Assembly: GCF_048593235.1 (NCBI RefSeq)
Contig: NC_133619.1
Location: 24,752,454 to 24,816,453 of the forward strand
DNA: 64,000 nt
Origin: Sminthopsis crassicaudata
Lineage: Eukaryota
Direction of reading: 5' to 3'
Positions 1 through 10,374 of this stretch are shown here, piece by piece. Numbering within the stretch: the stretch's first letter is position 1; every line of letters begins with the position of its first letter. Below the pieces are notes generated by a model, which was not told the DNA's origin, made no database searches, and saw only the letters and a program-made list of their open reading frames with translations. The translations under genes were made by a program, and so were the position numbers.

Positions 1-1004
1 CATACAGGATTACAGAGAGTCAGACACAAGAATGACTACTACTCCTAATTCAGGCTCTATAATAATATAAGGAATCTTGAATATGGGATATTTGGAAAGA
101 AGACCTTTAGTAGCTTAAAATTATTTTATGGAGGTCTCCAAGGACAACAGTATATAGTCTGGATCATCACATTTAAATGGAACTTTCTACACCCAGAAAG
201 CTTTGGAAGTATCAAACCTCAGCACAATTTACTTCCAGCTAGCTTATTCCTGATGGCTTCCCTCCAGTATAGACTCATTCAGGAGACAGTGTCCTGTATG
301 GATGAGGTGGGTTTTGAGATGGATGAGGGTATAAGGTACCTCCAACTATTTCTTAGAAATTCATTAGATACAATAATCAAGTCCTTATCTATATTTTACA
401 TTAACAATTCCCTTAGAGGCATAGACACTAGAATTATATCCCCTTTTCACAGATGAGGAAATCAAATCAGAGATATAAAATAATTTGCCCACTATCAAAC
501 CAGTATTCAATTTCAGAACTGCAACTTGAACTTGGTTCTACTAACTATAGACTCAAGGGTCCTTCCATTGTAGCATATATCTTAGGGATCTCCCTAATTG
601 TCTATTTCTCCCTAAAGTAATTTGTACAGTCTGAATGAGAAAGCATTACCGTGAGTCATAAAAACCATCATGGTAGCTTTGGTTCATCTGTAGCTGAGAT
701 TACTGGCTAAGCATTCTTGTCTAAATGCAACTTTCTCCTTCAATTATTTTAGTGCCCAAATACTATTCATTTTCCTTGCTAGTTTTCTCAAATATAGATG
801 AATTAGGTATGAAACATTTATATTTATATCTTGAAATACTTGGATAGAAAGTGAAGGATGAGAAAAATGGAATTAGGGATGCATAACATTTGAGCTGCAT
901 TATACATTTAAATTTGAATGCTATATTTAAACACTTTTACAATTCTGACATCTACAAACTTTCACAATCATTTCAATTACAGTTAATGGAACACATGAAC
1001 TTAC

Positions 1005-1072
1005 TTGGCTTTGAGTTTTACAGAGTTTCCAGTTTTTCCCCATGGAAGAACTATAAAATCATTGGTGTTCAT
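1005..1072 (-). CDS. ZBBX: ZBBX first coding exon (zinc finger B-box domain-containing protein, N-terminus)
   Basis: Minus strand ATG AAC ACC AAT GAT TTT ATA GTT CTT CCA TGG GGA AAA ACT GGA AAC TCT GTA AAA CTC AAA GCC AA|gtaagt = MNTNDFIVLPWGKTGNSVKLKA + 2 nt (68 nt). Closely matches the human ZBBX start as recalled ([22 protein letters not shown]). Perfect GTAAGT donor at 1004-999. Probable acceptor ttcag at 1109-1108, so the exon probably spans 1005-1107. Synteny with SERPINI2 supports the call. Missed by the ORF track. Confidence 0.92.
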
Positions 1073-1386
1073 GATTTATGGTGTAATAATATCTTCTTAA
1101 AAGTATTCTGAATCGTGAAATCTTTTATGCCATATAACCTGGTCATCAAATGGAACAAATAAGTTTTAGCCAAAAAAATAAAATGCACGCCAAAATGACA
1201 CAAACAATGAGAAATTAAAAAAAAAATTCATGAAACATGCTCCAACTCAAATTCTTCTATGTAATATCTGAGATTCTATATTAGTCTATACAAATTCATC
1301 ATCACATAGAGGACATACCTTTAACATTAGATCACTTTAAAAGAAAAATGTCATTAGGCACACATAGAAAAAGTAATTATAGCATC

Positions 1387-1527
1387 TTTTCCCCCCTGAG
1401 GCAATTGGGGTTAAGTGACTTGCCCAGAGTCATACAGCTAGGAAGTATTAAGTGAGACCACATTTGAACTCAGATACTGGAGACTTCAGGGCTGGTGCTC
1501 TATCCACTGTGCAATCCAGCCGCCCCC
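1387..1527 (-). mobile_element. WSINE1-type tRNA-derived SINE, full length, with 8-bp target-site duplication
   Basis: Reverse complement starts ggggcggctggattgcacagtggatagagcaccagccctgaagtc and ends ttaaccccaattgcctcagggggg-A tail. Flanked by atagcatc at 1379-1386 and 1528-1535. Confidence 0.85.
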
Positions 1528-1949
1528 ATAGCATCCCATTTTAATACAAAACATGTAGTTAGTGGAGGAGGCAGGGAAAAGTTTGGTCAATATGTTTACA
1601 TGAATGTGGCATATAATCCATGACACTGCTCATGGAGCTGGACTAAAATTATAATTTAATATTTTCAAAGCAGTCTCCTTTAGAACAATACTAAATGAAA
1701 GTCATTCAAGTACGATTTACTATCAATATTTAACCCATTTTACAGATAAGGAAACTGGAGAAGAAAGGCAGTGACTTACCTAACTGCCTAAAAATATTGA
1801 AGCCAAGATTAGAAGCCTGAATCCCCTGACCCAAAAATCAGTATTCTTTTAGAATCCATAACCTTTCAAACAGAAAACTTCAAAGATCCTTTATTGGATC
1901 AGTTTAGAGTTTCCTCCCATTGAGAGAGATTTCATTCCTTCTTTATTTT

Positions 1950-2230
1950 GTTTGATCCACTAGGGATTCATCATCTCATCCCTAAATCTGTCAACAAACA
2001 TTTATTAAATTTCTACTATGTGCCAGGCATGATACTAAGTGGAGGGATAAACATGAGAAAAAAATCACTGCTCCAAAGGCCCTTATGTTCTATCAAGGAA
2101 GAAAGTTTAAATATTAGTTTATACAGGAAAAATCATGTGGAAATATTAAAATGTAAATGCAAAGGGCCTAGTGGGTACAAGCAGTTGGTGGGAACAAGAA
2201 GGGTTCTGGATAGAAGGCTATACAGAAGGC
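1950..2230 (-). mobile_element. L2 LINE 3' fragment
   Basis: tcaacaaacatttattaaatttctactatgtgccaggc is the reverse complement of the typical L2 3' end. Boundaries approximate. Confidence 0.6.
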
Positions 2231-2259
2231 TATACTTTCCTATTATTTTTCTATTATTT

Positions 2260-2942
2260 TTCCTATTTTTTTTTATTGTTTTATTTGGTTACACGTGTAC
2301 ATTAATTTTAAAAAAACATACTTCTTTATAAATCATGTTGGAAGAGAAAAATCAGAAAAAAAGGGGAAAACCTCAAGAGAAAAAAAAATAAAAAAGAACA
2401 TAGCATATGTTGAGTTACATTCATTCTCCATGGTTCTCTCTCTGGCGGCAGATGGCATTTTTTGTCCAAAATTTATTGGGATTGCCTTGGATCACTGAAC
2501 TACTGAGAAAAAAATAAGTCTTTCAGAGTCAATCATTGCACAATTTTGCTGTTACTGTGTACACTAAATTCCTGGTTGTACTTGTTTCAGTCAGCATCAG
2601 TTTGTATAAATCTTTTCAGGCCTTTCTAAAATCAGCTTGTCCGTTGTTTATGGAACAATAATATTCCAATACTTTCATATACCACAACTTGCTTAAGCAT
2701 TCCGTATTTGATGGGCATCTACTTACTTTATAATTCTTTGTCACCACAAAAAGAGTCACTACAAACATTTTTGCACATTGGGGTCCTTTTCCCTCTTTTT
2801 ATGATTTTCTTGGAATAGAGACCCAGTAGTAGCACTGCTGGATCAAATTGCTCTCCAGAATGGCTGGATCATTTCACAACTTTAACAATGCATTAGTGTC
2901 CCAGTTTTGCCACATCCCCTTCAACATTTATCATTATCTTTT
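2260..2942 (-). mobile_element. L1 LINE 3' fragment (marsupial)
   Basis: T-rich tail at left, then recognisable marsupial L1 3' UTR/ORF2-end sequence (gggtccttttccctctttttatgattttcttggaatagagacccagtagtagcactgctggatcaaa). Confidence 0.8.
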
Positions 2943-2989
2943 GTATAGTATCCTGAAGAGAGGACACCAATGAGGTGGAGGTAATGAGG

Positions 2990-3170
2990 GAGCCCCCTCT
3001 AAGCATGGGGCTCAGAGATCCCAGGCAATTAAATGACATCAGCCATTCTCAAGCTGTTGTTAAGCTCTTAACATGGCTTATCTGTAAAAATGGGTTGAAA
3101 AAGGACATGGCAAACCACAGCAGAGTCTTTGATAGGAAAACCCCAAAGGAGTTCACAAAGAGATCTGACC
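2990..3170 (+). mobile_element. MAR1-like CORE-SINE fragment
   Basis: CORE-like ctgtaaaaatggg followed by the RTE-derived tail gaaaaccccaaaggagttcacaaagagatctgac. Confidence 0.6.
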
Positions 3171-5020
3171 AATGTTAATTAATATTCTATCATATAACAG
3201 CACAAAAGCTTTTTTTTTTTTTTTTTCCTGTGGGAGGGGAGAGGGAGGTAATTAAGACTAGAAGATTGCATATAGGAGTCTTGCTCTCCTGAGTGTTTTT
3301 CTTACAGCCAAAAGACATATTTGTTGAGATGCTAAGACTACAGCAACTCATGTCAGACACTGTGGTAAATATCAGGGTATAAGAGGAAAGGCAAAGACTT
3401 TCTACTTTCAGTGAGTTATCTTCTAGTGGGATAGATAGCACATAAGTAATGAGGAAAAATACAAGAAATGCAAAGAGTAAATGGAAAGCAAACATCCAGA
3501 ATAGAGAGATCACATTCTATCTTTTCACTATCTTAATCTCTCTCTATATATATATACCCATACACACTTAAACATATATATATATATGCATATTTATATA
3601 TCTATACACTGACACACATATATAGATATGTGTTTGTTTTATATAAAGAGATATATACATATGTGAATATATGTATGTGTATAGATAGGTAGGTAGGTGG
3701 ATTTCTTTTTTTTTGGCATTTGAACTGTACTTTATTTATTATTAATTTCATAATTATAACATTTTTTGTCAGTACATATGCATAGGTAATTTTTAAGGTA
3801 GATTTCTTTCCTCTGACACAGCAATTTCCCTAGCATAGACCTTCATCACTTCATAGCTGAACTATTGTCTTAACTTGCCGATTGGTCTCCCTCCCTCAAA
3901 TCTCTTCCCTCCTCTATTGTCCACTAAGACATCAAATCTAGCTTTCTAAACCATAGGTCTGAACCATATGGCCTCCTCTACAATAAATTCCAATGACTCT
4001 CTCTGTTCTATCCAAGATCAAATATAAAATTCACTCTTTGGCTTTTAACCTGGTTGGTTCCTAAATCCCTACTAAGATGATAGAGTGACACTGACCTCTT
4101 ACAGGTTACTCTTGATAATCATTTTTACTCCTTACCTAGAAAACCCTCCCTCCTCATATCCATCTCAAAATCCCTAGTTTCCTTCAATTCTCAGATAAGA
4201 CCTTCCCCAGACCTCCTCAATTTTTGTGTATTCCCATTTTATCTCATGTTTAGATGTTATTTTCTGTGTCCTTTTCCAACTGCCCAAGTTCCTAGAGAAG
4301 AGAAACTGATTTTGTTGCTGATAGTAGTGATTGTTGGGTGGCTGGTCAGTTGACTTTATTCCCTCTCTTTGTTTTATGAATGCTTAGCACAGTGCCTAGT
4401 ACATAATAAATAAATGTTAGCTAGTCTGATGGACTAGGGAAGCCAGCAAGTAGAGTTAAGAAGGGGCAGCTGCCAGTGAAATGAATAGTCAGAAAATTTG
4501 TTTTTGTAAAGATTTGTAGGGAAAGCTGAGCAATCTTTCTCTTTTCTGAGAGAATTCAAGCTCATCTTAGTTCCCTTGAGAAAATAAACTTCAATGATGT
4601 GGGGGTAAGGAAGATAAGCAGGAGAGGGAATGACTCCTAGGAGAAGATATTCATTCAACTTGGGTCAATTCAGTTCAATAAATATTTATAAAGTACCTAC
4701 TGTGTATATGAATTGATTATGCTTGAGAAACTCTAGTTTTTACACTGACTGAATGATTTGGAAAATGTGACAGTTCTTTGAGGTTAATAAGGCCATATTT
4801 AGAAAATTACTTTTTTCCCCAATGTATTAAATGAAAAACCTAAAATAGTCTATCTGACACACACTATGGCAATTCAGTGTGGCTCCAAGACCTCTTATTT
4901 TAATATGTTCTTTGGTTATGATCATAATAATGTTATCACTGCATTAGCAAAAATGGAATGAAAAGGTTCTTGATGGGCAGAAAGACTCTCCGGTCTTAAT
5001 GACCACCAGAAATAACTCAC

Positions 5021-5091
5021 TGCTCTTCATAAATACATATGCAAATAATATGGATAACAAACTTTGCAAATAGCTGGTTGAATTTGCCTTT
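5021..5091 (-). other. Candidate non-coding (5' UTR) exon of ZBBX; could extend to an upstream acceptor at 5271
   Basis: Minus strand attttcctctttttttccccaaag|AAAGGC...GAAGAGCA|gtgagt: strong pyrimidine tract with AG at 5093-5092 and GTGAGT donor at 5020-5015. Lies in non-repeat sequence between promoter and first coding exon. No transcript evidence available. Confidence 0.45.
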
Positions 5092-6399
5092 CTTTGGGGA
5101 AAAAAAGAGGAAAATATGAAAATTCTTAAATACTGATCTCCTCCACATTTATAATTATTGTTTTATGTGCAAATTAACCAAATTATTTTATGCATTTCAC
5201 TTTGCACGTGTAATAACTGTAGGTTCCCTTCAATTAATATTCCATCATATAACAGAACAAAAGCTTTTTTCTATGGGGGAGAAAGAGAAAAATAATTGAC
5301 TATAGGAATATAGGCATATAGGAATCTTGCTCTCCTGATTTTTTTTTTTTCTTAAACGTCATAAGACATCTTTGTTGAGATACCCAAGACTATAGCAATA
5401 TGAATATGGTAAAATACCAATCATTAGGCAAAGTATTTCATTAATAAAATAAGACTAAATCATACATTTTGAGTAAAAATTTAAAAAAAAATCAGGAATG
5501 CATACATGTTAAGATGTATGATGACAGTGATGGTGATGGAATACAAAGTCTCTTGCGCATGTTATGACTTTTCCAGGTACAGTATTTATTAAATCATAAG
5601 ATGCTGAAATATGACCTATTGTAGACTGGCTTGATAATTCCACAATACATGTTCCCAGTCTGATGATATAAACTATAAGTATTCAATGGAATGAGGTCAG
5701 AAAAATAAGGAAGTCTGAAAAGATGGACATCAGGACACATCAGGACACATATTGTCACAACAAGTCACCCTGCCTTACAGACAAACTTCATTTGTCCCTA
5801 ATATCTATAATCTTATTGGAACATCTCAGGAGAAAAGGAGGATGATAAAAGTACTTTATTCAAATACATTAAAGTTTATAAATGGAAAGTTGGAGGGATT
5901 CATTTTAAAGCCTGAGTACTTTTAAAACTGTAGACCATTTTAGAATCCATTAAAAATCGAAGTTTTCCCACCATATATTTAAGTCAATTAAACACTGCCC
6001 AGCTATTTGGTACTCTCAATAATTTCTAATACAAGTCATCACAATCAAATGAAGGTGTTCTGAGTTTATTGTTTTGTTTTTGCTCTTGTTGGGGGATGGG
6101 GTTAAACTAAATTCAGTTAAAATTTTTAATCTTATGAAATTTCATTTTAATATTTCTTCAAAATTGGCTTTATATTGTATTTCTATGTTATATGTTTATT
6201 ACCATATTTATTATATTATATATTTATATAATTTTACAGCTGGAAGGATCTCAGAAGCCATGTTAATCTAGTGTAAGAAACTCAGAAATGGGAACCACAC
6301 AAAAAATTAATTAATTAAAAAAAAATGGGAACCACTCATCTGTAAGGATCCTTGAGAAGCTGCAGGTTGACTTTATTTGAAAATGTCATCTCATAAGTT

Positions 6400-6510
6400 T
6401 TTTGATATTTTTATTTATTTTGTTAAATGGTTTCCAATTAGATCTTAATCTAGTTTGGATTACCCTCAACAGCTGCTGCATGCAGCCTAACTGTGTGTCT
6501 GACATCTCTT
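6400..6510. mobile_element. Probable non-autonomous hAT-type DNA transposon fragment
   Basis: tatttttatttattttgttaaatggtttccaattagatcttaatctagtttgga...tgtgtctgacatctct resembles a common ancient therian MITE, from memory. Family not assigned. Confidence 0.4.
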
Positions 6511-9124
6511 TCTCTTACAAATGAGAAAAGAGAAGCCTACAAAAGTTGAGTGACTGGACCCACTTCATCCAAATGGTACCAGAAGTTAGCTTTGAACTCA
6601 AGTGCTGTGGACCTCTATATAGTGCTTCATCTTTGCATTCCACTCCCCAGCCAGCTTCTGAAGCCTTCTCATCCTGGACCATTATTCTGTGTTGGTCCCT
6701 TCTACTACAGCTCACTTCCTTCTGGGTCCTCCATTTTGGGGAGGGGTATAGACTGGCCTTCCTTCATCCCCATTCCTGGTTATACTTCTGACCCAGCCCT
6801 CCATCCACCATACATTCAAACTATATTTTGAATTGCCTCTCCCCTTTGAAATATAAGCATAGAAGGCTGATTTAGGAGCCTGAAATATCTGACTTCAAGT
6901 ACTTCCTCTGAACTATATTGGATGTGAGAATCAGGGCAAAACTACTAGGACTAGAGAAGGTATTGAGAGGTTTCTTATCCGAGAATTCCCTAAACCTCTG
7001 AAATCACTGATCTAGTTATTATCCTACCTTGTGTTAACTAGGCAAAGCCAGAGAAAAGGGGCATGATTACATCCAGCCAACAATCTGCATATGAAGCTGC
7101 TTAGCAATAATGATCATTTTCCCAATATAAAAACTGGTCGATTCTTTTATAAAAAACAAATAAATAAATAAATATTTCTTCATCTGTACAGGAAATGGCA
7201 AAATTTCAAAAAATCCTTTACATCTCCAAATTCTATGCTCATATAATCCCATAAATTGTGTCCTCTGTCTTTATAAAGATTACCTATATCCTTTAAGCAA
7301 GCTATTGAGGAAGTATTCATTCCTCTAGCACACCTTGTTTTAAAATTTATAACAAATAAGAAAATCTGGAGAAGAAGATATTCTGTTTTTGAAAGTCTTA
7401 TTTGCTAAGGTTTACAACAATGTTTTAATAGCTTAAGCAGCTTTTACATTTCAAATATCAGGCCATTTATTATAGTCTTTAAAATGGCTTCCCACTCCCA
7501 GCAAATATCCATATTCTTGTGATTGTCTCTGGGACCACTCCCTTATCCCATCCTTTCTCTAGCCTTATCACCATATGCTTCAACCAAAATAACTTACTCC
7601 ATTATACTTAAATTTGCCCTACTCATAACTTGTTTGTGTATTTCAGAAATATTTTCTCCTTCTTCTCTGTTTAATTCAATAAACTTCTGCCTTTATTTAT
7701 AGTAGTTCAGTGGCTTGTTTCAATTCTGCAATTAAACTGTTTTTGTCCCGAAGACAAGATGTCTCCCTGCCTCAAACTCCTTATTCCTTCTGAAAAGTTT
7801 GCTCTTTTGCCATTCATTGGAATGTTATATAATAACTTGCCATGAGTTATGCCCAATCTTCCTAAATAGACCATAAACCCTTTTAGGTAAGGAAACCATA
7901 CCTTTTTTTGCACTTCCTGCTTTACATATAAGTACTTAATGTATTTCTTTCTTATGACAACATTGCCTTAATGATCCAAACAATATATAAAAAAGCTCAC
8001 AACATGCCCCTACTATTCCTAGATTCCTAATTCACAACTAACATGTTGCTTTATTAGGGAGCAAACTGAGATAATGGTATTGGAAGATTCAAAACCTTGT
8101 ATGGATAGGAGAGAAATGGAGATACTAAATTGTTTCTACTACAACCCTTCCCAGATCTGCAATTTCATGTGAATGGGTCTTTCCTCTTTGATCTCAGAAT
8201 CCAACCTCTCTATGCCTTTGTAAATGAGCTTAACTAGTAACCAAAATGCCCTCCAACAGCCTGAGACCAATTTAGTCATGATTCTAGGCCAGAAAAATAA
8301 CCTTTCCACTTGATAGGATCTGCTGTAACTCATAGCTATAGTCTGAAAACCTAGTGACCTCCATCCCATGATGTGACATCTAGGTGAGACTTTATAGTGA
8401 AAAAAATGGGCCTCTTTTAAAAATATTGGTTATTTGGGGAGAATGTACAACTCAGTTTGACTTTTATTAAGTACCTCTTAGAAGTGTCAACCTGAGTTAG
8501 CAGAGAGGGTGAGTAAAAATATCAAAGACTTGAATTTAAGTTAACCCTATGTCATATAGATGGGGCAGCTAGGTGGAGCAGTGGATAGAATACTGGGCCC
8601 TGGATTCTTTCCCCATTAGATTACAAACTCTTTGGAAGCAAAAATTGTTTCTTTTGGTTTCTATTTGTATCTCCAGTAGTTAGAATATTGCCTGAAAAAT
8701 ATAAATGCTTAAATGTTAATATTAGCTACTGACCGGAAAATTAATTTTAATATTGTTCATATAAAATATAAGACTCCCTTCTGGGTGTCGGGATGGCCTT
8801 TTGGCATTGAGAGACCTTCTCCCACTAACTATAGGAATGTTTATGCATTCCAGCTCTAGAGGTCAAGGATTCTCAGCCAGGTTGGGCCTAGCCCCACCCT
8901 AGAGAATCTTTGCTCTGTTCATCTTGTAAACAGAGGTTGGCTAGAGCTGGCCACAATTACTAAAAGTGATTCTAAAGTGTCCTGGCCTCCACATTAAGAT
9001 GTGGGACAAATTGAATCATGAAAGGTTAAAAACAACCAAAATGAAACGGGTTTTTCTGGCTCAATTGCCAAGCCTCCTGACCAAAGATTCCCCACCCCTT
9101 TTTTCATCCTAAAAGTAAAATCAA

Positions 9125-9185
9125 CTAAAAAAACAAAAACAAAAACAAAAACAAAAACAAAAAACAAAAAAACAAACAAAAAAAA
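9125..9185. repeat. (AAAAAC/AAAC)n A-rich microsatellite
   Basis: Direct reading. Confidence 0.9.
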
Positions 9186-9689
9186 CTTTTTTCTGTCAGT
9201 TTTATTGGAACCAAACTCTTGACTCTCTTTACCTCTATTAAAGGAGCCTTTTCCTTCACTTACAATTTTGATTTATTTCAGATTGCTTATTTAGGCTGTA
9301 AAGGAAAATGCTTGGACTAAAGCAGGTTCCTGGTTGCATGCTTGGGGCAGAGATGGATTAGCTGACCCCTAATCTATGATCCTTCCAGGAGCCACCTAGT
9401 TGGGACAAGCCCCTTCACACACTCCAAGGCTGAGTTTCTTCATCTAGAAAAGTTCAGGGATAGAATGGAAGTCAACTGTTCTGTGACCCAGATAACTGTG
9501 GGACCCCAAAATATCCCTTCATCTCTTTGGCCTGTTTCCTTAAGTGTAAAAAGGAAAAGGCTGAACCAGATGGCCCCTTATTCAATGATCTTCCCGTTAT
9601 CCCCTATCAGCGGTGGGAACAAGGACTGGGATCCATGATGGCCTCTGATGCGTGAAGCAGCCCAGGGGATGGAGCCCTGGTCCCAGACC

Positions 9690-9870
9690 CTTCACAGCTG
9701 TATGACCCTGAGCAAGTCACTCTCTGCCTCAGTTTTCTCAACGGTAAAATGGGAATACCAGTGGCACCCATTTCACCCATTTCTCAGGGTTAATGTGAAA
9801 GTCAACTGAGATATTTGTGACAATGTTTTTAGCACGATGACTGGTACATAGACGATGCTATATTAAAGTT
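9690..9870 (+). mobile_element. MIR (CORE-SINE)
   Basis: agctgtatgaccctgagcaagtcacttctctgcctcagttttctcaacggtaaaatggg is the MIR core. Confidence 0.75.
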
Positions 9871-10280
9871 GATTCCCGTCCCGGTATCATTCTGCTATCT
9901 CTGTGCCAGCTTGGAGGAAGTCCTTTCACCACCTCACCTGGGGCCACAATTTTAAAAGGAGAAGGGGGTGAAGGAGGGGAAGTTGGCCACCCGGACAGGT
10001 GGTCGGTCCCTCCGGGTTCAGCCCTAGTTGCAGGTAGGGGTAGTTGGGACCTGGCTCAAGGCCGGGCCTGGCAGGTAATAGCCCCGCCCCACTCCGTTCC
10101 TCTGTCCCTCGGCCCGCACACACCATTATAACCCCAGCCGGCCAGCGGCCCCGCGCCTCCCGGGCCATGTCCGAGCTTAGATCGCCCGCCCCGAGCCCCG
10201 CGGGCCGCCTCAAAAGGCCCACCTGGACCCCGGACCCACCTGTGGCCCTCAGCTCCTTCATCGTCAGCACCGCCTGCAGC

Positions 10281-10312
10281 GGGCGGGCCGCCCCGCCCCG
10301 CCCCGCCCCGCG
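10281..10312. promoter_or_regulatory. Sp/KLF GC-box array, (CCCCG)4
   Basis: gggcgggccg ccccgccccg ccccgccccg cg: tandem GGGGCGGGG motifs on the minus strand. Confidence 0.75.
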
Positions 10313-10333
10313 CCGTAAGGCGCCTCTGCCTTT

Positions 10334-10374
10334 GTCTCCCTGGTTACCTGGCGACCAGCCGTGTCCATGGCAAC
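10334..10374. promoter_or_regulatory. Cluster of three RFX X-box-like motifs
   Basis: GTCTCCCTGGTTAC (10334-10347), GTTACCTGGCGAC (10343-10355) and GTGTCCATGGCAAC (10361-10374), compared with the X-box consensus GTYNCC-N0-3-RGYAAC. Confidence 0.7.

Noticed and set aside
720-760. Minus-strand ttgaaggagaaagttgcatttag resembling ZBBX MEKVQLE (next exon)
   Set aside because: Similarity is limited to a few codons, with no open frame or splice sites. The real next exon is probably left of the window.
5725-5750. Small tandem duplications (caggacacat x2; also cacccattt x2 near 9765, agatcatatg x2 near 52761, gacaaaggcttt x2 near 58649)
   Set aside because: Ordinary replication-slippage micro-duplications of two units only. 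They are not CRISPR-like or regularly spaced arrays.
9107-9185. tcctaaaagtaaaa followed by an (AAAAC)n tract, also at about 28545-28645, suggesting a shared retroposed 3' end
   Set aside because: No similarity upstream of the 14-mer and no TSDs. It is best explained as chance in A-rich sequence.
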